This document shows positions 9,667 through 19,951 of a stretch of DNA of 64,000 nt, piece by piece. Position 1 is the first letter of the stretch. Every line of letters begins with the position of its first letter. The position numbers were made by a program, and so were the translations under genes. Source of the stretch: an uncultured Planctomycetia bacterium (GTDB lineage: Bacteria; Omnitrophota; Gorgyraeia; Tantalellales; Tantalellaceae); contig CAYQUS010000002.1 of assembly GCA_964421015.1 (NCBI GenBank), positions 145,872 through 209,871 on the forward strand, read 5' to 3'. Under the pieces are notes generated by a model, which was not told the origin of the DNA, searched no databases, and saw only the letters and a list, made by a program, of their open reading frames with translations.

Positions 9667-9957
9667 ATGGAAAACACTAAAAAATACTCAGGATTATTCA
9701 TCATCGCTCCCGAAAAGGCGGACTCTATTGACGAGGTCAAGGCCGGGATAAGCTCCGCCATAGGAGAACATTCCGGAAAGATCGTCAGCGATACCCTGAT
9801 CGGGAAAAAGGCTCTTGCCTATCCTATAAAGAAACGCAAGGAAGCCGTGTATTACGAGGTGACTTTCACCGCCGTTCCCACGGATGTGCCGCGAATGATG
9901 AGACAATTCCGTATAAATACCGATATTCTCAGGACGCTCGTGGACGTCAAGGCTTAA
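9667..9957 (+). CDS. rpsF: 30S ribosomal protein S6
   Basis: S6 fold motifs (YSGLFIIAPEKAD...YYEVTF). RBS AAGGAA before the ATG at 9667; the ORF track starts at an upstream ATG. Confidence 0.8.
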   Translation: MENTKKYSGLFIIAPEKADSIDEVKAGISSAIGEHSGKIVSDTLIGKKALAYPIKKRKEAVYYEVTFTAVPTDVPRMMRQFRINTDILRTLVDVKA

Positions 9958-10034
9958 GGAGCTTAAACTGCGGCCCTGGGCCGAGAGTGGAGCTCTTTTT
10001 AGTTTGTCAGGGTTTTTACCGGGAGGGATAAGAT

Positions 10035-10490
10035 ATGGCTGCCAGCATGAACAAGGTGTTTCTTATGGGTAACCTTACCCGGGACCCGGAGCTGAGGTAC
10101 ATACCCAGCGGAACGGCGGTGGCTAACTTTTCTCTGGCCATAAACAGGCCGTACAAAGATGCCAGCGGCGAGAAAAAAGAAGAAGTTTCTTATGTCCGCG
10201 TGGAGGTCTGGGGAAAAATGGCCGAAGTTTGCGGGGAATACCTGTCAAAAGGCAGACCGGTACTTGTGGAAGGAAGGCTTAAATCCAGAAGCTGGGAGAC
10301 CCCGGACGGGCAAAAAAGGAATTCTCTGGATGTGGTGGCGACGAGCGTGCAGTTCCTGGGCTCAAAAAATGACAGACAGGAGGGGCGCCAGGGGAAAGGT
10401 TTCGGCGCCAGGGACGCTGACAGCGCGCAGGGAGTGGAATCCATAGACCTGGACGAACAGGGTAATACGGAAGAAGACGTTCCGTTCTGA
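10035..10490 (+). CDS. ssb: single-stranded DNA-binding protein
   Basis: OB-fold N-terminus NKVFLMGNLTRDPELRY, Gly/Gln-rich linker, acidic ..EEDVPF tail. Confidence 0.9.
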   Translation: MAASMNKVFLMGNLTRDPELRYIPSGTAVANFSLAINRPYKDASGEKKEEVSYVRVEVWGKMAEVCGEYLSKGRPVLVEGRLKSRSWETPDGQKRNSLDVVATSVQFLGSKNDRQEGRQGKGFGARDADSAQGVESIDLDEQGNTEEDVPF

Positions 10491-10518
10491 CAAAAAAAGC
10501 AAGAGGAGAAAACAAAGT

Positions 10519-10800
10519 ATGGCGAAAAAGAAAATAGAGAAAAAACCCCGCAAGATACTAAAAAAGAAACCCTGCAGGCTTTGCAAGGGCAAGGTTAAAG
10601 CGATAGATTACAGGGACGCGGAATACGTGAGCCACTTCATCTCGGACAGAGGAAAGATAATTTCCTCCAGGCTTTCGGGAAACTGTTCCAAGCACCAGCG
10701 CATGGTCGCCAACGCGGTAAAGAAAGCCAGGCTCGCGGCGATAATACCTTTCGTGCACATAACCGAAGGTTTGCAGAGAAAGAGAAGGAGACCTCAATGA
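10519..10800 (+). CDS. rpsR: 30S ribosomal protein S18
   Basis: CRLCKGK..IDYRDAEYVSHFISDRGKII..SRLSG signature. Confidence 0.9.
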   Translation: MAKKKIEKKPRKILKKKPCRLCKGKVKAIDYRDAEYVSHFISDRGKIISSRLSGNCSKHQRMVANAVKKARLAAIIPFVHITEGLQRKRRRPQ

Positions 10801-11240
10801 AAGTGATACTTATAAAGGACGTTGAAAAACTCGGGAAGATAGGGGACAGCGTTACCGTCAAGGACGGGTACGCCCGCAACTTCCTTTTTCCCCGCAAAGA
10901 AGCCATAGAAGCCACCGCCGGAGCGGTCAAGGTGCTGGAACAGAAAAAAGGACAGGCCCGGAGAAGGGAGCAGAAGCTCAAACAGGAAAGCGAAGTGTTG
11001 GCCGGGAGAATAGCTTCTGTTTCGTGCACCATACCAATGGAAGCCGGGGAAGAGGATAAGCTTTTCGGCGCCGTAACGGCCGAGATGATATCCACGGCCC
11101 TTGCCGCGGAAGGCATAGAGGTGGACAAGAGGAAAATAGTTCTGGAACAGCCCATAAAGACCATAGGCGTGCAAAATGTGGAGATAAGGCTGCATCCCGA
11201 GGTAAAGGCCGAAGTCAGAGTGTGGGTGATAAAGAAATAG
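10797..11240 (+). CDS. rplI: 50S ribosomal protein L9
   Basis: MKVILIKDVEKLGKIGD..VKDGYARNFLFP signature. Overlaps the rpsR stop. Confidence 0.9.
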   Translation: MKVILIKDVEKLGKIGDSVTVKDGYARNFLFPRKEAIEATAGAVKVLEQKKGQARRREQKLKQESEVLAGRIASVSCTIPMEAGEEDKLFGAVTAEMISTALAAEGIEVDKRKIVLEQPIKTIGVQNVEIRLHPEVKAEVRVWVIKK

Positions 11241-11265
11241 TATTTCTTCTGTCGGGAAATTTAAA

Positions 11266-12621
11266 ATGATCCCAAAAACGCTAATCGAGAAAATGCCGCC
11301 GCAGAATCTTGAGGCAGAGACCGCGGTACTGGGGTCCATGCTTCTTGACAGGGAGGCCATAGCGTCAGCGTTAGACCATCTTGACGAAAGTTCTTTCTAC
11401 ACCGAGGGCAACGGGAAGATCTTCCAGGCTATGCTGGCCCTGTACGACCAGGGTAAAGCCGTTGATATAGTTACCCTGACGGAAGAGCTTAAGAAACGAG
11501 GCAAGCTGGATGAGGTCGGCGGCGCTTCGCGGGTCATGGAAATAGCCTCAGCGGTCCCCACATCAGCCAACATCGAGCATTACGCCAGGATAGTCAAGGA
11601 AAAAGCCCTTTTAAGGACCCTCATAAACACGGCTACAAAGATAGCCTCGGAAAGTTACGATACCTCCGCCGACGTCGATGAACTTCTGGACAGGGCCGAG
11701 AAACTGATTTTCAATATTACCTCCGGCCACAAGAGCGGCGAACGCGTCTTTGAGATGAAGGACGTGGTCAAAGAAAGTATAGAGACCATCGACCGGCTTT
11801 ACCAGCGCAAGGAAAATGTCACAGGGATACCCACCGGGTTCCACGACATGGACATTAAAACAGCGGGGCTTCAGAAATCAGACCTTATAGTTCTTGCCGG
11901 CAGGCCCTCGATGGGAAAAAGCGCTCTTGCCATATCAATGATGGAATACGCCTCGGTCGTAAAAAAAGTGCCTTGCGCGTATTTCAGCCTTGAAATGTCC
12001 AAAGACCAGCTTGCCCAGAGGATGCTTTGCTCAATAGCGGGGGTGGACGCGCATAAGGTGAGGACAGGATTTTTTTCCCAGACAGACTGGCCGAAACTCA
12101 TCACGGCCGCCGGAAAACTTTCGGAATCCCCCATATACATTGACGATACTCCGGGCATATCGGCGCTTGAACTAAGGGCCAAGGCCAGACGACTTAAGTC
12201 AAAACACGATATACAGCTCATAATAATCGACTATCTCCAGCTCATGAGAGGCGCGGCTAAAACCGAGAACAGGCAGCAGGAAATATCGGAGATGTCACGC
12301 TCCATGAAAGCTCTGGCCAGAGAGCTGGATGTTCCTGTCATAGCTATAAGCCAGCTTTCCCGCGCTGTGGAACAGAGGTCGGACCACAGGCCTGTACTTT
12401 CCGACTTGAGGGAATCCGGAGCCATCGAGCAGGACGCGGATGTGGTAATGCTCATAATGAGAGAGGAATACTATACGCCGACTGAAGAGAACAAGGGTAT
12501 AGCCGAAGTAAACATAGCCAAACAGCGCCACGGGCCAATAGGGGTAGTGAAACTCGCGTTCCTTCCCGAGTTCACGCGGTTCAGCAACCTTGCCCGTAAC
12601 GAGGAAGAAGAGGGATTCTGA
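11266..12621 (+). CDS. dnaB: replicative DNA helicase
   Basis: DnaB N-terminal domain (AETAVLGSMLLD), Walker A GRPSMGKSA, Walker B IIIDYLQLM. Confidence 0.9.
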   Translation: MIPKTLIEKMPPQNLEAETAVLGSMLLDREAIASALDHLDESSFYTEGNGKIFQAMLALYDQGKAVDIVTLTEELKKRGKLDEVGGASRVMEIASAVPTSANIEHYARIVKEKALLRTLINTATKIASESYDTSADVDELLDRAEKLIFNITSGHKSGERVFEMKDVVKESIETIDRLYQRKENVTGIPTGFHDMDIKTAGLQKSDLIVLAGRPSMGKSALAISMMEYASVVKKVPCAYFSLEMSKDQLAQRMLCSIAGVDAHKVRTGFFSQTDWPKLITAAGKLSESPIYIDDTPGISALELRAKARRLKSKHDIQLIIIDYLQLMRGAAKTENRQQEISEMSRSMKALARELDVPVIAISQLSRAVEQRSDHRPVLSDLRESGAIEQDADVVMLIMREEYYTPTEENKGIAEVNIAKQRHGPIGVVKLAFLPEFTRFSNLARNEEEEGF

Positions 12622-14951
12622 TGAGAAAAAGTTTTTTATGTTTGATCGTGACGGTGATCTCGGCGATGCTGGCGTTTTCACCCTGCGCCTCGGCCCAGAA
12701 CGACGTTTCTTCGGGCAAAAGGATATTCGACATAGAGGTGAAAGGCAACGAGGCCATAAGCACGGCTACAATACTCAACAGGCTGAAGATAAAACCCGGT
12801 GACGAGATACAGGAAACGGCGCTCAACAACGAGATAAAACGCCTTTATGCCACAGGGTATTTCGCGGATGTTTTTGTGAAGGTGGACGAGCGCCCCGAGG
12901 GTTTTGTGGTCGTTTTCACCGTTGTTGAAAAACCCGTCATAAGGCAGATAGAGTTCCGGGGGAACACCAAGATACGCACCCAGCGCCTGGAGAAAAAAAT
13001 AAGCGTGAAAGCGGGCGATATCCTTGATTTCAATCTGGTTTCCGCCGATGTCGCGGCTATCAAGAACGCCTACATCGAGCAGGGGTACAGCGGGGTCGAT
13101 GTGGAATATAAGGTAGAACAGGACCCTGATACCGGCAAGGCGGTGCTGGTCTTTGACATAAGGGAAGGTCTGGCAAGAAAAATAAAGACCATTAAATTCG
13201 AGGGGAACGCCAACGTTCCTTCTTCTGAGCTGGAAAAATTCATGTCTACCAAGACCGCGTGGTGGTGGATAAGAAAAGGCGCTTTCGACGACGAGAAATT
13301 CCAGGCGGATATATCCAGGATAAAGAATTATTACAGGAGCAAGGGTTTTCTGGACGCCACCGTCACAAGCCGTATTGACTATTCCGAGGACGGCAACGAG
13401 ATGTATATCACCATCGTTGTCAAGGAAGGCAAGGAATACATGGTAGGGGATATGTCCATTAAAGGGGAGCTTGCCTTTCCCGAGGACGAGGTTTATTTCA
13501 GGACTAAAGTGCGGCCGGGAGACCCGTTCGACCTTGGGAAAATAAGGGAGGATGTGGAGAGCGTACGTACACTTTACTACGACCGCGGGTACATGAACGC
13601 GGAGATAGACCTTTCACAGAAATATAACGCAACAACGGACAGGATGGACCTGGTCTATAACATAACGGCGCACGACGTCGTGTACGTGGGAATGGTGAAC
13701 GTTGTCGGCAACACGACGACAAAGGACAAGGTAATAAGACGCGAAATGCGGCTTTATCCGGGGGAGAGATACGACGGGGAAAAGCTCAAGAAAAGCAAAG
13801 AGAGGATATACAACCTTGGATATTTCGAGGATGTTTTTTTCGATACCGTCCCGACTTCCCGCAAGGATGTTATGGACCTTAACGTTACCGTCAAAGAGAC
13901 AAAGACCGGAGAATTCTCCCTGGGAGGCGGGTACAGTTCGGTTGACGCCTTTATAGGTTTTGTGCAGCTCAGGCAGAGAAATTTCGACATCATGAATTTC
14001 CCCTCATTCACAGGAAGCGGCCAGGACCTCACGATAAGGGCAGAGCTCGGGAGCAACAGGACGAATTACATATTGAGCTGGACCGATCCGTGGATATTCG
14101 ATTTCCCGTACCTTTTCGGGTTCGATGTTTACCGAACCGAGCAGTTAAGGTCGGGAGATACGGGGTACGGGTATGACGAGACAAGGACCGGAGGAAGTTT
14201 GAGGCTCGGGAAAGAGCTGACCGACGAGCTTAACACGGGGCTCGTGTACAATCTTGAGGAGGTCAAGATATCCAACATCGCCGACGAAGCCACGGACGCT
14301 CTTCGAAGGGAAGTGGGCAGCAATTTCATAAGCCGTATAACATGGAACGTGAAATACGACGTCCGGGATAACAAGTTTTCCCCGACCAAGGGATTCGTAA
14401 CGGGAACTTCCATGGAAAACGCCGGAGGATTTGTCGGCGGGGACAAGGATTTTTACAAGTTCTACGGGTATCTGAACTACTACCACAGTATAATAGAGAA
14501 CGTTGTCCTCGAGCTCAAGGGAGCCGGAGGGATAGTCCAGAATTACGGCAAGTCCGATGAAGTGCCCATATACGAGAGGTATTTCGCGGGCGGAGCCAGG
14601 ACAATAAGAGGATATAAAGAAAGAGGAGTAGGCCCCAGGGACAGGGGAACCAACGCGGCGCTGGGAGGAGAGGCCATCCTGATAGGGAACGCCGAGGTAT
14701 CGTTCCCTGTTTTTAAGAACCTCGTCAAAGGGGCCGTGTTCTTCGATATAGGAAACGTCTGGGAGGAAGCCGACCTTAAAAATCTTACCGGGGCCAAAGA
14801 CGACGAAGGGTTCAAGGCCGGAGCGGGTATCGGCGTAAGGGTAAAGACGCCTATCGGGCCTGTTAAGCTGGATTGGGGTTATCCTCTTTCCGATAATTAT
14901 GACGACAAGAAAGAAGGTCAGTTCTATTTCAGCGTTACGCACGGATTCTAA
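12621..14951 (+). CDS. bamA: outer membrane protein assembly factor BamA
   Basis: Signal peptide, five POTRA-like repeats, C-terminal beta-barrel ending in an aromatic residue (..SVTHGF). Confidence 0.85.
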   Translation: MRKSFLCLIVTVISAMLAFSPCASAQNDVSSGKRIFDIEVKGNEAISTATILNRLKIKPGDEIQETALNNEIKRLYATGYFADVFVKVDERPEGFVVVFTVVEKPVIRQIEFRGNTKIRTQRLEKKISVKAGDILDFNLVSADVAAIKNAYIEQGYSGVDVEYKVEQDPDTGKAVLVFDIREGLARKIKTIKFEGNANVPSSELEKFMSTKTAWWWIRKGAFDDEKFQADISRIKNYYRSKGFLDATVTSRIDYSEDGNEMYITIVVKEGKEYMVGDMSIKGELAFPEDEVYFRTKVRPGDPFDLGKIREDVESVRTLYYDRGYMNAEIDLSQKYNATTDRMDLVYNITAHDVVYVGMVNVVGNTTTKDKVIRREMRLYPGERYDGEKLKKSKERIYNLGYFEDVFFDTVPTSRKDVMDLNVTVKETKTGEFSLGGGYSSVDAFIGFVQLRQRNFDIMNFPSFTGSGQDLTIRAELGSNRTNYILSWTDPWIFDFPYLFGFDVYRTEQLRSGDTGYGYDETRTGGSLRLGKELTDELNTGLVYNLEEVKISNIADEATDALRREVGSNFISRITWNVKYDVRDNKFSPTKGFVTGTSMENAGGFVGGDKDFYKFYGYLNYYHSIIENVVLELKGAGGIVQNYGKSDEVPIYERYFAGGARTIRGYKERGVGPRDRGTNAALGGEAILIGNAEVSFPVFKNLVKGAVFFDIGNVWEEADLKNLTGAKDDEGFKAGAGIGVRVKTPIGPVKLDWGYPLSDNYDDKKEGQFYFSVTHGF

Positions 14952-14979
14952 AACGGGTTTTATAAAAAGGAGAAATAGC

Positions 14980-15519
14980 ATGAAGAAGTTTGCGGCGGTA
15001 AGCGTGGCGGCGGCAGTAATTTTCTCGGCGTTCTTGACGATGGCGCCGGTGACGGTTTCGGCGAAAGAGATAAAAATAGGTTTCGTAGACCTAAAGAGAG
15101 CTTTCTACGAATACGAAAAGGCAAAGGCTATGGACAACGAGCTCAACGAGTTCGCCAGGGATTCCCAGACAAAAAGGGACACCATGGTCCAGAACATAAC
15201 TAAACTGAAGGATGAAGTAGAGCTTTTAAGCGCCGATGCCAGGCAGAAAAAGCAGAAAGAAATGGACGACAGGATAGGGGAACTTCAGGAATTCGACAGA
15301 GAAAGCAGGCAGATAATACTGGAAAGAAGGGATACGATCTTCAGGGAAGTGCTTGATGATATGCAGGAGGTCGTCGTCGAGAAAGGGAAGACCGGCGGAT
15401 ATGATTATATCCTTGATTCCCGGAACATAATGTATGCTGACGACATGTACGACCTTACTCAGGAAGTAGTAACTGAGCTTAACAGCCGGGCGGCTTCGGC
15501 TCCGGCGGAAAAGGAATAA
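14980..15519 (+). CDS. skp: OmpH/Skp periplasmic chaperone
   Basis: Signal peptide followed by a coiled-coil-rich ~150 aa. Sits directly after bamA. RBS AAGGAG. The ORF track start lies upstream, inside bamA. Confidence 0.75.
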   Translation: MKKFAAVSVAAAVIFSAFLTMAPVTVSAKEIKIGFVDLKRAFYEYEKAKAMDNELNEFARDSQTKRDTMVQNITKLKDEVELLSADARQKKQKEMDDRIGELQEFDRESRQIILERRDTIFREVLDDMQEVVVEKGKTGGYDYILDSRNIMYADDMYDLTQEVVTELNSRAASAPAEKE

Positions 15520-15547
15520 TAGAAGGTAAGAGCCGGGCCCGGAATAA

Positions 15548-16387
15548 ATGGAACAGCGGGAAAAGACAATAGGATCCGAGGTAACTCTTAAGGGGCGAGG
15601 GCTTCAGACAGGAAAATTCTCCTCCGTGACCTTAAGGCCCGCTCCCGCGGGATACGGGATAACTTTTGCCAGAAAAGACGCTGTTTTTCCCGGAGAAACA
15701 AGGCTTTCCGAAGGGCTCTTCTCTTCCAGCGCCAAGAGAAGAACAGAGATAGATCTCTCCGGGACAAAGCTCCAGACAGTCGAGCACTTTATGGCGGCTC
15801 TGTGGGCGCTGGGCATAGATAATCTTAAGGTAGAGGTAGATGGCCCGGAAATGCCGGCCATGGACGGAAGCGCTAAAGGGTTCCTTGACAACATAAGGCC
15901 GGCGGGTATCGAGGAGCAGGGGCCTTTGCGCAGGTTCATACGGATAAGAGAACCTTTAAGGGTCGAGGACGGGTCACGGGGCATAACCGTTCTCCCGGCG
16001 GATAAATTCTCGGTTTCTTACTCGATAGACTACCCGTCAAGCTGCATAAAGAAAGAGACTTTCAAGATAGACCTGGACGGGGAGAGTTTTGCCAGAGAGA
16101 TAGCGCCGGCCAGAACGTTCTGCATGAAAAGAGAGGCGTTATTTCTTTTTTTAAGCGGTCTTGGGAGGGGCGCTACTTTAGAAAATACTCTCGTTCTGGG
16201 AAAGAGGGGACCTTTTGGTACCTCGATGAGATTTCCCAATGAGCCGGTAAGACACAAGATACTGGACCTTGTAGGCGACCTTTATACGATAGGGCTTCCT
16301 ATACTGGGAGAGTTCGTTTGCGAAAGGTCCGGGCACGCTCTGAACGCCAAGGTCTTAAGGGAAATATACGAAAGATACGTGAGATAA
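15548..16387 (+). CDS. lpxC: UDP-3-O-acyl-N-acetylglucosamine deacetylase
   Basis: TIGSEVTLKGRGLQTGK...TVEHFMAALWALGIDN..HKILDLVGDL motifs. Confidence 0.85.
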   Translation: MEQREKTIGSEVTLKGRGLQTGKFSSVTLRPAPAGYGITFARKDAVFPGETRLSEGLFSSSAKRRTEIDLSGTKLQTVEHFMAALWALGIDNLKVEVDGPEMPAMDGSAKGFLDNIRPAGIEEQGPLRRFIRIREPLRVEDGSRGITVLPADKFSVSYSIDYPSSCIKKETFKIDLDGESFAREIAPARTFCMKREALFLFLSGLGRGATLENTLVLGKRGPFGTSMRFPNEPVRHKILDLVGDLYTIGLPILGEFVCERSGHALNAKVLREIYERYVR

Positions 16388-16426
16388 ACAGGCAGACGTT
16401 TTTAAAAGAGAGGAAGGTGGCTTAAA

Positions 16427-16885
16427 ATGGAAGGAAAGAAAATAGACGTAAAAGGCATAATGTCCAGGATACCCCACAGGTATCCTTTTCTCCTTGTGGA
16501 CAGGGTTTTGGACTACGAACCAGGCAAATGGATAAAAGCCCTGAAGAACGTCACCATAAACGAGCCTTTTTTCCAGGGGCACTTTCCCGGCGAGCCAATA
16601 ATGCCGGGAGTCCTTCAGATAGAGGCCATGGCCCAGACGGGGGGTATACTTTCTCTTATCGGGGAAGGGCTTAACGATAAGCTGGCTTTTTTTATGACGG
16701 TAAACAACGTTAAGTTCCGCAAACCCGTGGTTCCCGGAGACCAGCTTATTTTTGACGTGAACGTAGTCAAAATAGTACGGGGAAGCATCGTCCAGTGCCA
16801 CGGCGAGGCTACGGTGGAAGGCGCCAGGGTTTCCGAAGCCGACCTCATGTTCACTCTTGTGGACCGGGAAAAAAAGAATGCCTAG
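16427..16885 (+). CDS. fabZ: 3-hydroxyacyl-ACP dehydratase
   Basis: IPHRYPFLLVDRV...FFQGHFPGEPIMPGVLQIEAMAQ hot-dog fold. Confidence 0.9.
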   Translation: MEGKKIDVKGIMSRIPHRYPFLLVDRVLDYEPGKWIKALKNVTINEPFFQGHFPGEPIMPGVLQIEAMAQTGGILSLIGEGLNDKLAFFMTVNNVKFRKPVVPGDQLIFDVNVVKIVRGSIVQCHGEATVEGARVSEADLMFTLVDREKKNA

Positions 16886-17684
16886 GATAGGTATTGTCGC
16901 GGGAGCGGGGTCTTTACCTCTGGATTTCGTTTTGTCGGCCAGGGCAAAAGGGCGGGATGTTATTGTTTTCGCTCTCGAGGGAGCCGCTGACAGAAGGCTT
17001 GAAGAAGCGGTTAAAGGCAAGGTTTACTGGCTTAAGATAACACAGTACAAGAAACTGCTTTTCCTCCTTGTAATAAAAGGAGTGCGCGAACTTGTATTGC
17101 TGGGAAAGTTCGAGAAAAGCGCGCTTTATGAAAAGGGACGAACTCTTAAACAGTATTCCCGCAAACTCGGCCGCCTTCCCGACAGAAAAGATTACTCTAT
17201 ACTGAAGGAAATAACTCGAGTTCTGGCTTTCGTGGGGGTTAAAGTGACTGACGGACTGGAATATTTGTCGCATCTTGTGCCTACAGAGGGCGTTCTTACG
17301 GCTACCAGGCCCGACAAACGCGTCAGCGATGATATTTCTTTCGGGTACGACACCGCTAAAAAACTTGCGGGGATGGATATAGGCCAGACGGTGGTAATAA
17401 AAGACAGGTCCGTCGTGGCCGTCGAGGCCATGGAGGGGACCGACGCCGTAATTGACAGGGCGTTTTCCATAGCCGGCGCGGGATGCGTAATGGTGAAGGT
17501 TTCAAGGCCCGGGCAGGATATGAGGTGGGACGTCCCGGTGGTAGGACCGGAGACCATAAAAAAGCTCTCCGCCGGAAAGTTCAGCGCCCTCGCCGTTGAA
17601 AGCGGAAAAATGTTCGTTGTCGACAAGGAAGAAGTGATAAAGTTGGCCGACTCAGTCGGAATGACTGTACAGGTTCTTGTATAA
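16878..17684 (+). CDS. lpxI: UDP-2,3-diacylglucosamine hydrolase LpxI (DUF1009)
   Basis: N-terminus RIGIVAGAGSLPLDFV and overall LpxI-like architecture. Lies between fabZ and a convergent lpxB. Confidence 0.65.
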   Translation: MPRIGIVAGAGSLPLDFVLSARAKGRDVIVFALEGAADRRLEEAVKGKVYWLKITQYKKLLFLLVIKGVRELVLLGKFEKSALYEKGRTLKQYSRKLGRLPDRKDYSILKEITRVLAFVGVKVTDGLEYLSHLVPTEGVLTATRPDKRVSDDISFGYDTAKKLAGMDIGQTVVIKDRSVVAVEAMEGTDAVIDRAFSIAGAGCVMVKVSRPGQDMRWDVPVVGPETIKKLSAGKFSALAVESGKMFVVDKEEVIKLADSVGMTVQVLV

Positions 17685-18812
17685 TCCGGATATTTCTTCA
17701 GCCGCTCTTTCAGCGGCGCCTTTTTTCCCCAGAGACAGTCTTACTTTTTCCAGGTCTTCCTTCATTTTAAGCGCTCGGGCGGGAGTTTTGACTATGTCTA
17801 TGACCTCTTTTGAAAGGTTTTCGGGGGTAAGAGCGTCCTGCAGAAGCTCGGGGGCTATTTTTTTACCGGCGATGATATTGGCAAGCCCTAAAAAAGGAAC
17901 GCGGGAAAGAAGAAGATACAACAGGTAAGTCAACCTCGAAGCTTTGTAGACTATTACCATGGGTTTAACCATCATAGCTCCCTCCAGGGTCGCCGTCCCG
18001 GAAGTTATTATTGCTACGTCAGCTTCTTTCAGCGCCGCGCGGGTATCTCCCCGGAACCGCTCGGTTTCAAGGGCCGGATGCGAAGATAGCATATTATCGT
18101 AAAGAGCCCGGTCGATATTGGGACTTTCGGCCAGGGTGAAAACGGTTTTTCCCAGGGTTTCATTTATCCTGTCTGCCGCTTCCAGCATAACGGGAAGCAT
18201 GCTGTTTATCTCATGTTTTCTGGACCCCGGAAGAAGAGCCACTTTTACCGTGGAGGAAACCGTCCCGGACGGTTTTTCACGAGGATCTTCCGGAAAAGAA
18301 TCGGCAAGAGGATGCCCCGCGAAAAAAGAATCTATACCGTTATCCTTGAGAAGTTTGTCCTCGAAAGGGAAAAGCACAATAGCTTTGGTGACATACTTCT
18401 TCAGTTTCTTTATGCGGTTTTTTCCCCACGCCCAGACCTGGGGGATAATGTAGTAGACCACCGGTACCGAAACCGAATGAAGGTATCGCGCGACCCTGAG
18501 GTTAAACCCGGGATAGTCTATAAGGACGGCTAGCCGCGGTTCGCGTTCCCGTACCAGACGGGTTATCTGCCTGTAATGACGGAAGATGTCCGGCAGTTTG
18601 TGCAGGATTTCCACGGCGCCTACCATCGAAAGGTCCCTTATATGGCGAACTATCTCGACTCCCTCTTTCGACATAAGATCCCCGCCGAAACCCCAGAGGT
18701 GGACTCCCTTCAGGCGTTTCTTAAGTTCCCGGGCGAGCTCCGCCCCGCGGGCATCGCCCGAAGGTTCTCCCGCCAATATCATTATGCTGGGATTCTGCCC
18801 GCGATTTTCCAT
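17652..18812 (-). CDS. lpxB: lipid-A-disaccharide synthase
   Basis: N-terminus MILAGEPSGDARGAELARELK and GT-B fold motifs. Confidence 0.85.
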   Translation of the reverse strand: MENRGQNPSIMILAGEPSGDARGAELARELKKRLKGVHLWGFGGDLMSKEGVEIVRHIRDLSMVGAVEILHKLPDIFRHYRQITRLVREREPRLAVLIDYPGFNLRVARYLHSVSVPVVYYIIPQVWAWGKNRIKKLKKYVTKAIVLFPFEDKLLKDNGIDSFFAGHPLADSFPEDPREKPSGTVSSTVKVALLPGSRKHEINSMLPVMLEAADRINETLGKTVFTLAESPNIDRALYDNMLSSHPALETERFRGDTRAALKEADVAIITSGTATLEGAMMVKPMVIVYKASRLTYLLYLLLSRVPFLGLANIIAGKKIAPELLQDALTPENLSKEVIDIVKTPARALKMKEDLEKVRLSLGKKGAAERAAEEISGLYKNLYSHSD

Positions 18813-18844
18813 AAATAGTTAACGCCCTCCGGAGCGGCGTATCG

Positions 18845-19792
18845 TTAAAAGAGGGGACCTCGGCCGGACTTTATCTTTTCAAGTATGTCCAGCGCCACAA
18901 GAAGGGCCTGCTTGCCCTCCTGCCCGGAAACAAGGGGACGCTTTTCGTTCCTTACGCAGTCGATGAAGGACTTAAGTTCCACCTTTAAGGGTTCTTTTTT
19001 ACGGATAAGTATCTTTTTCTTCAGAAGTTTTCTGCCAGACCTCTGGAAAAGAAAAGCCTCCTGATGCATGTAATCCAGGAGGATGTAGGAGTCTTCCTGG
19101 AAGATGCGTATTTTTCGGGTTTCTTCTTTTGTAACTCTGCTGGCGGTTATGTCCGCTATGACGTCGTTCTGGAAAGTAAGGCGCACGTTCGCCAGGTCCT
19201 CATGGTCGGAGACGGTGCTTATGCCCACGGCTTCTATGTTCTTTACCTTGGACCGTACAAGCCCCAGAACTATGTCTATGTCGTGTATCATGAGGTCCAG
19301 CACCACTCCCACGTCCTTTATACGTCCTTTTTTCTTGACCGAACCGAGACGCTGGCATTCTATGAACCTGGGTTTCTGTATGTAGGGTTCTATGGCCCTC
19401 ACCGCGGAATTGAACCTCTCTATATGCCCTACCTGAATTATGACGCCTTTCTGCCGCGCAAGAGATATAAGCTCCTCGGCTTCCTCGAGGGTCTTTGTCA
19501 TGGGTTTTTCTATGAGGACGTGTTTCCCGGCCAGGATGGCGGACTTGGCGACGCTGTAATGCGCCACGGTAGGAACGACGATGCTCAGGGCGTCGACCTT
19601 TTCCAGAAGGTCGTTGTAATCCGAGAAAAACTCGGTGCCGTATTTTCTGGCGACCTCTCTTCCGGCTTTTTCGTTTACGTCGCAAACCCCGACAAAATCT
19701 ATTCCGGACTTTTTTTCGATAGTGGAATATACTTTGGAATGGAAGGTTCCCAGATGTCCCGTTCCCACAACCCCTACCCGGATTCTAGCCAT
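18845..19792 (-). CDS. Gfo/Idh/MocA-family NAD(P)-dependent oxidoreductase
   Basis: N-terminal Rossmann motif RVGVVGTGHLG and EKP motif. Co-transcribed downstream of lpxB. Confidence 0.7.
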   Translation of the reverse strand: MARIRVGVVGTGHLGTFHSKVYSTIEKKSGIDFVGVCDVNEKAGREVARKYGTEFFSDYNDLLEKVDALSIVVPTVAHYSVAKSAILAGKHVLIEKPMTKTLEEAEELISLARQKGVIIQVGHIERFNSAVRAIEPYIQKPRFIECQRLGSVKKKGRIKDVGVVLDLMIHDIDIVLGLVRSKVKNIEAVGISTVSDHEDLANVRLTFQNDVIADITASRVTKEETRKIRIFQEDSYILLDYMHQEAFLFQRSGRKLLKKKILIRKKEPLKVELKSFIDCVRNEKRPLVSGQEGKQALLVALDILEKIKSGRGPLF

Positions 19793-19951
19793 AACACCTC
19801 ATCTTTATTTTTTAAGAGCCGCTTTTCTGGAAATTATAACATCATTGGCAGGGCCAGGCAAGGGTTAGAGGCCCCAGGGCGAAAGGCGTCGACAATGCCG
19901 GAGGCATGTGATAGAATCGGGTCTGTTACCGAAAAACCGACAAAGGAAAAA

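Noticed and set aside
19064-19951. N-terminal 296 aa of the 907-aa plus-strand ORF
   Set aside because: This part runs antisense through the Gfo/Idh/MocA gene. A convincing start for the MsbA-like transporter (MKTYWRFVKLLAPHGW, first TM) is at 19952.
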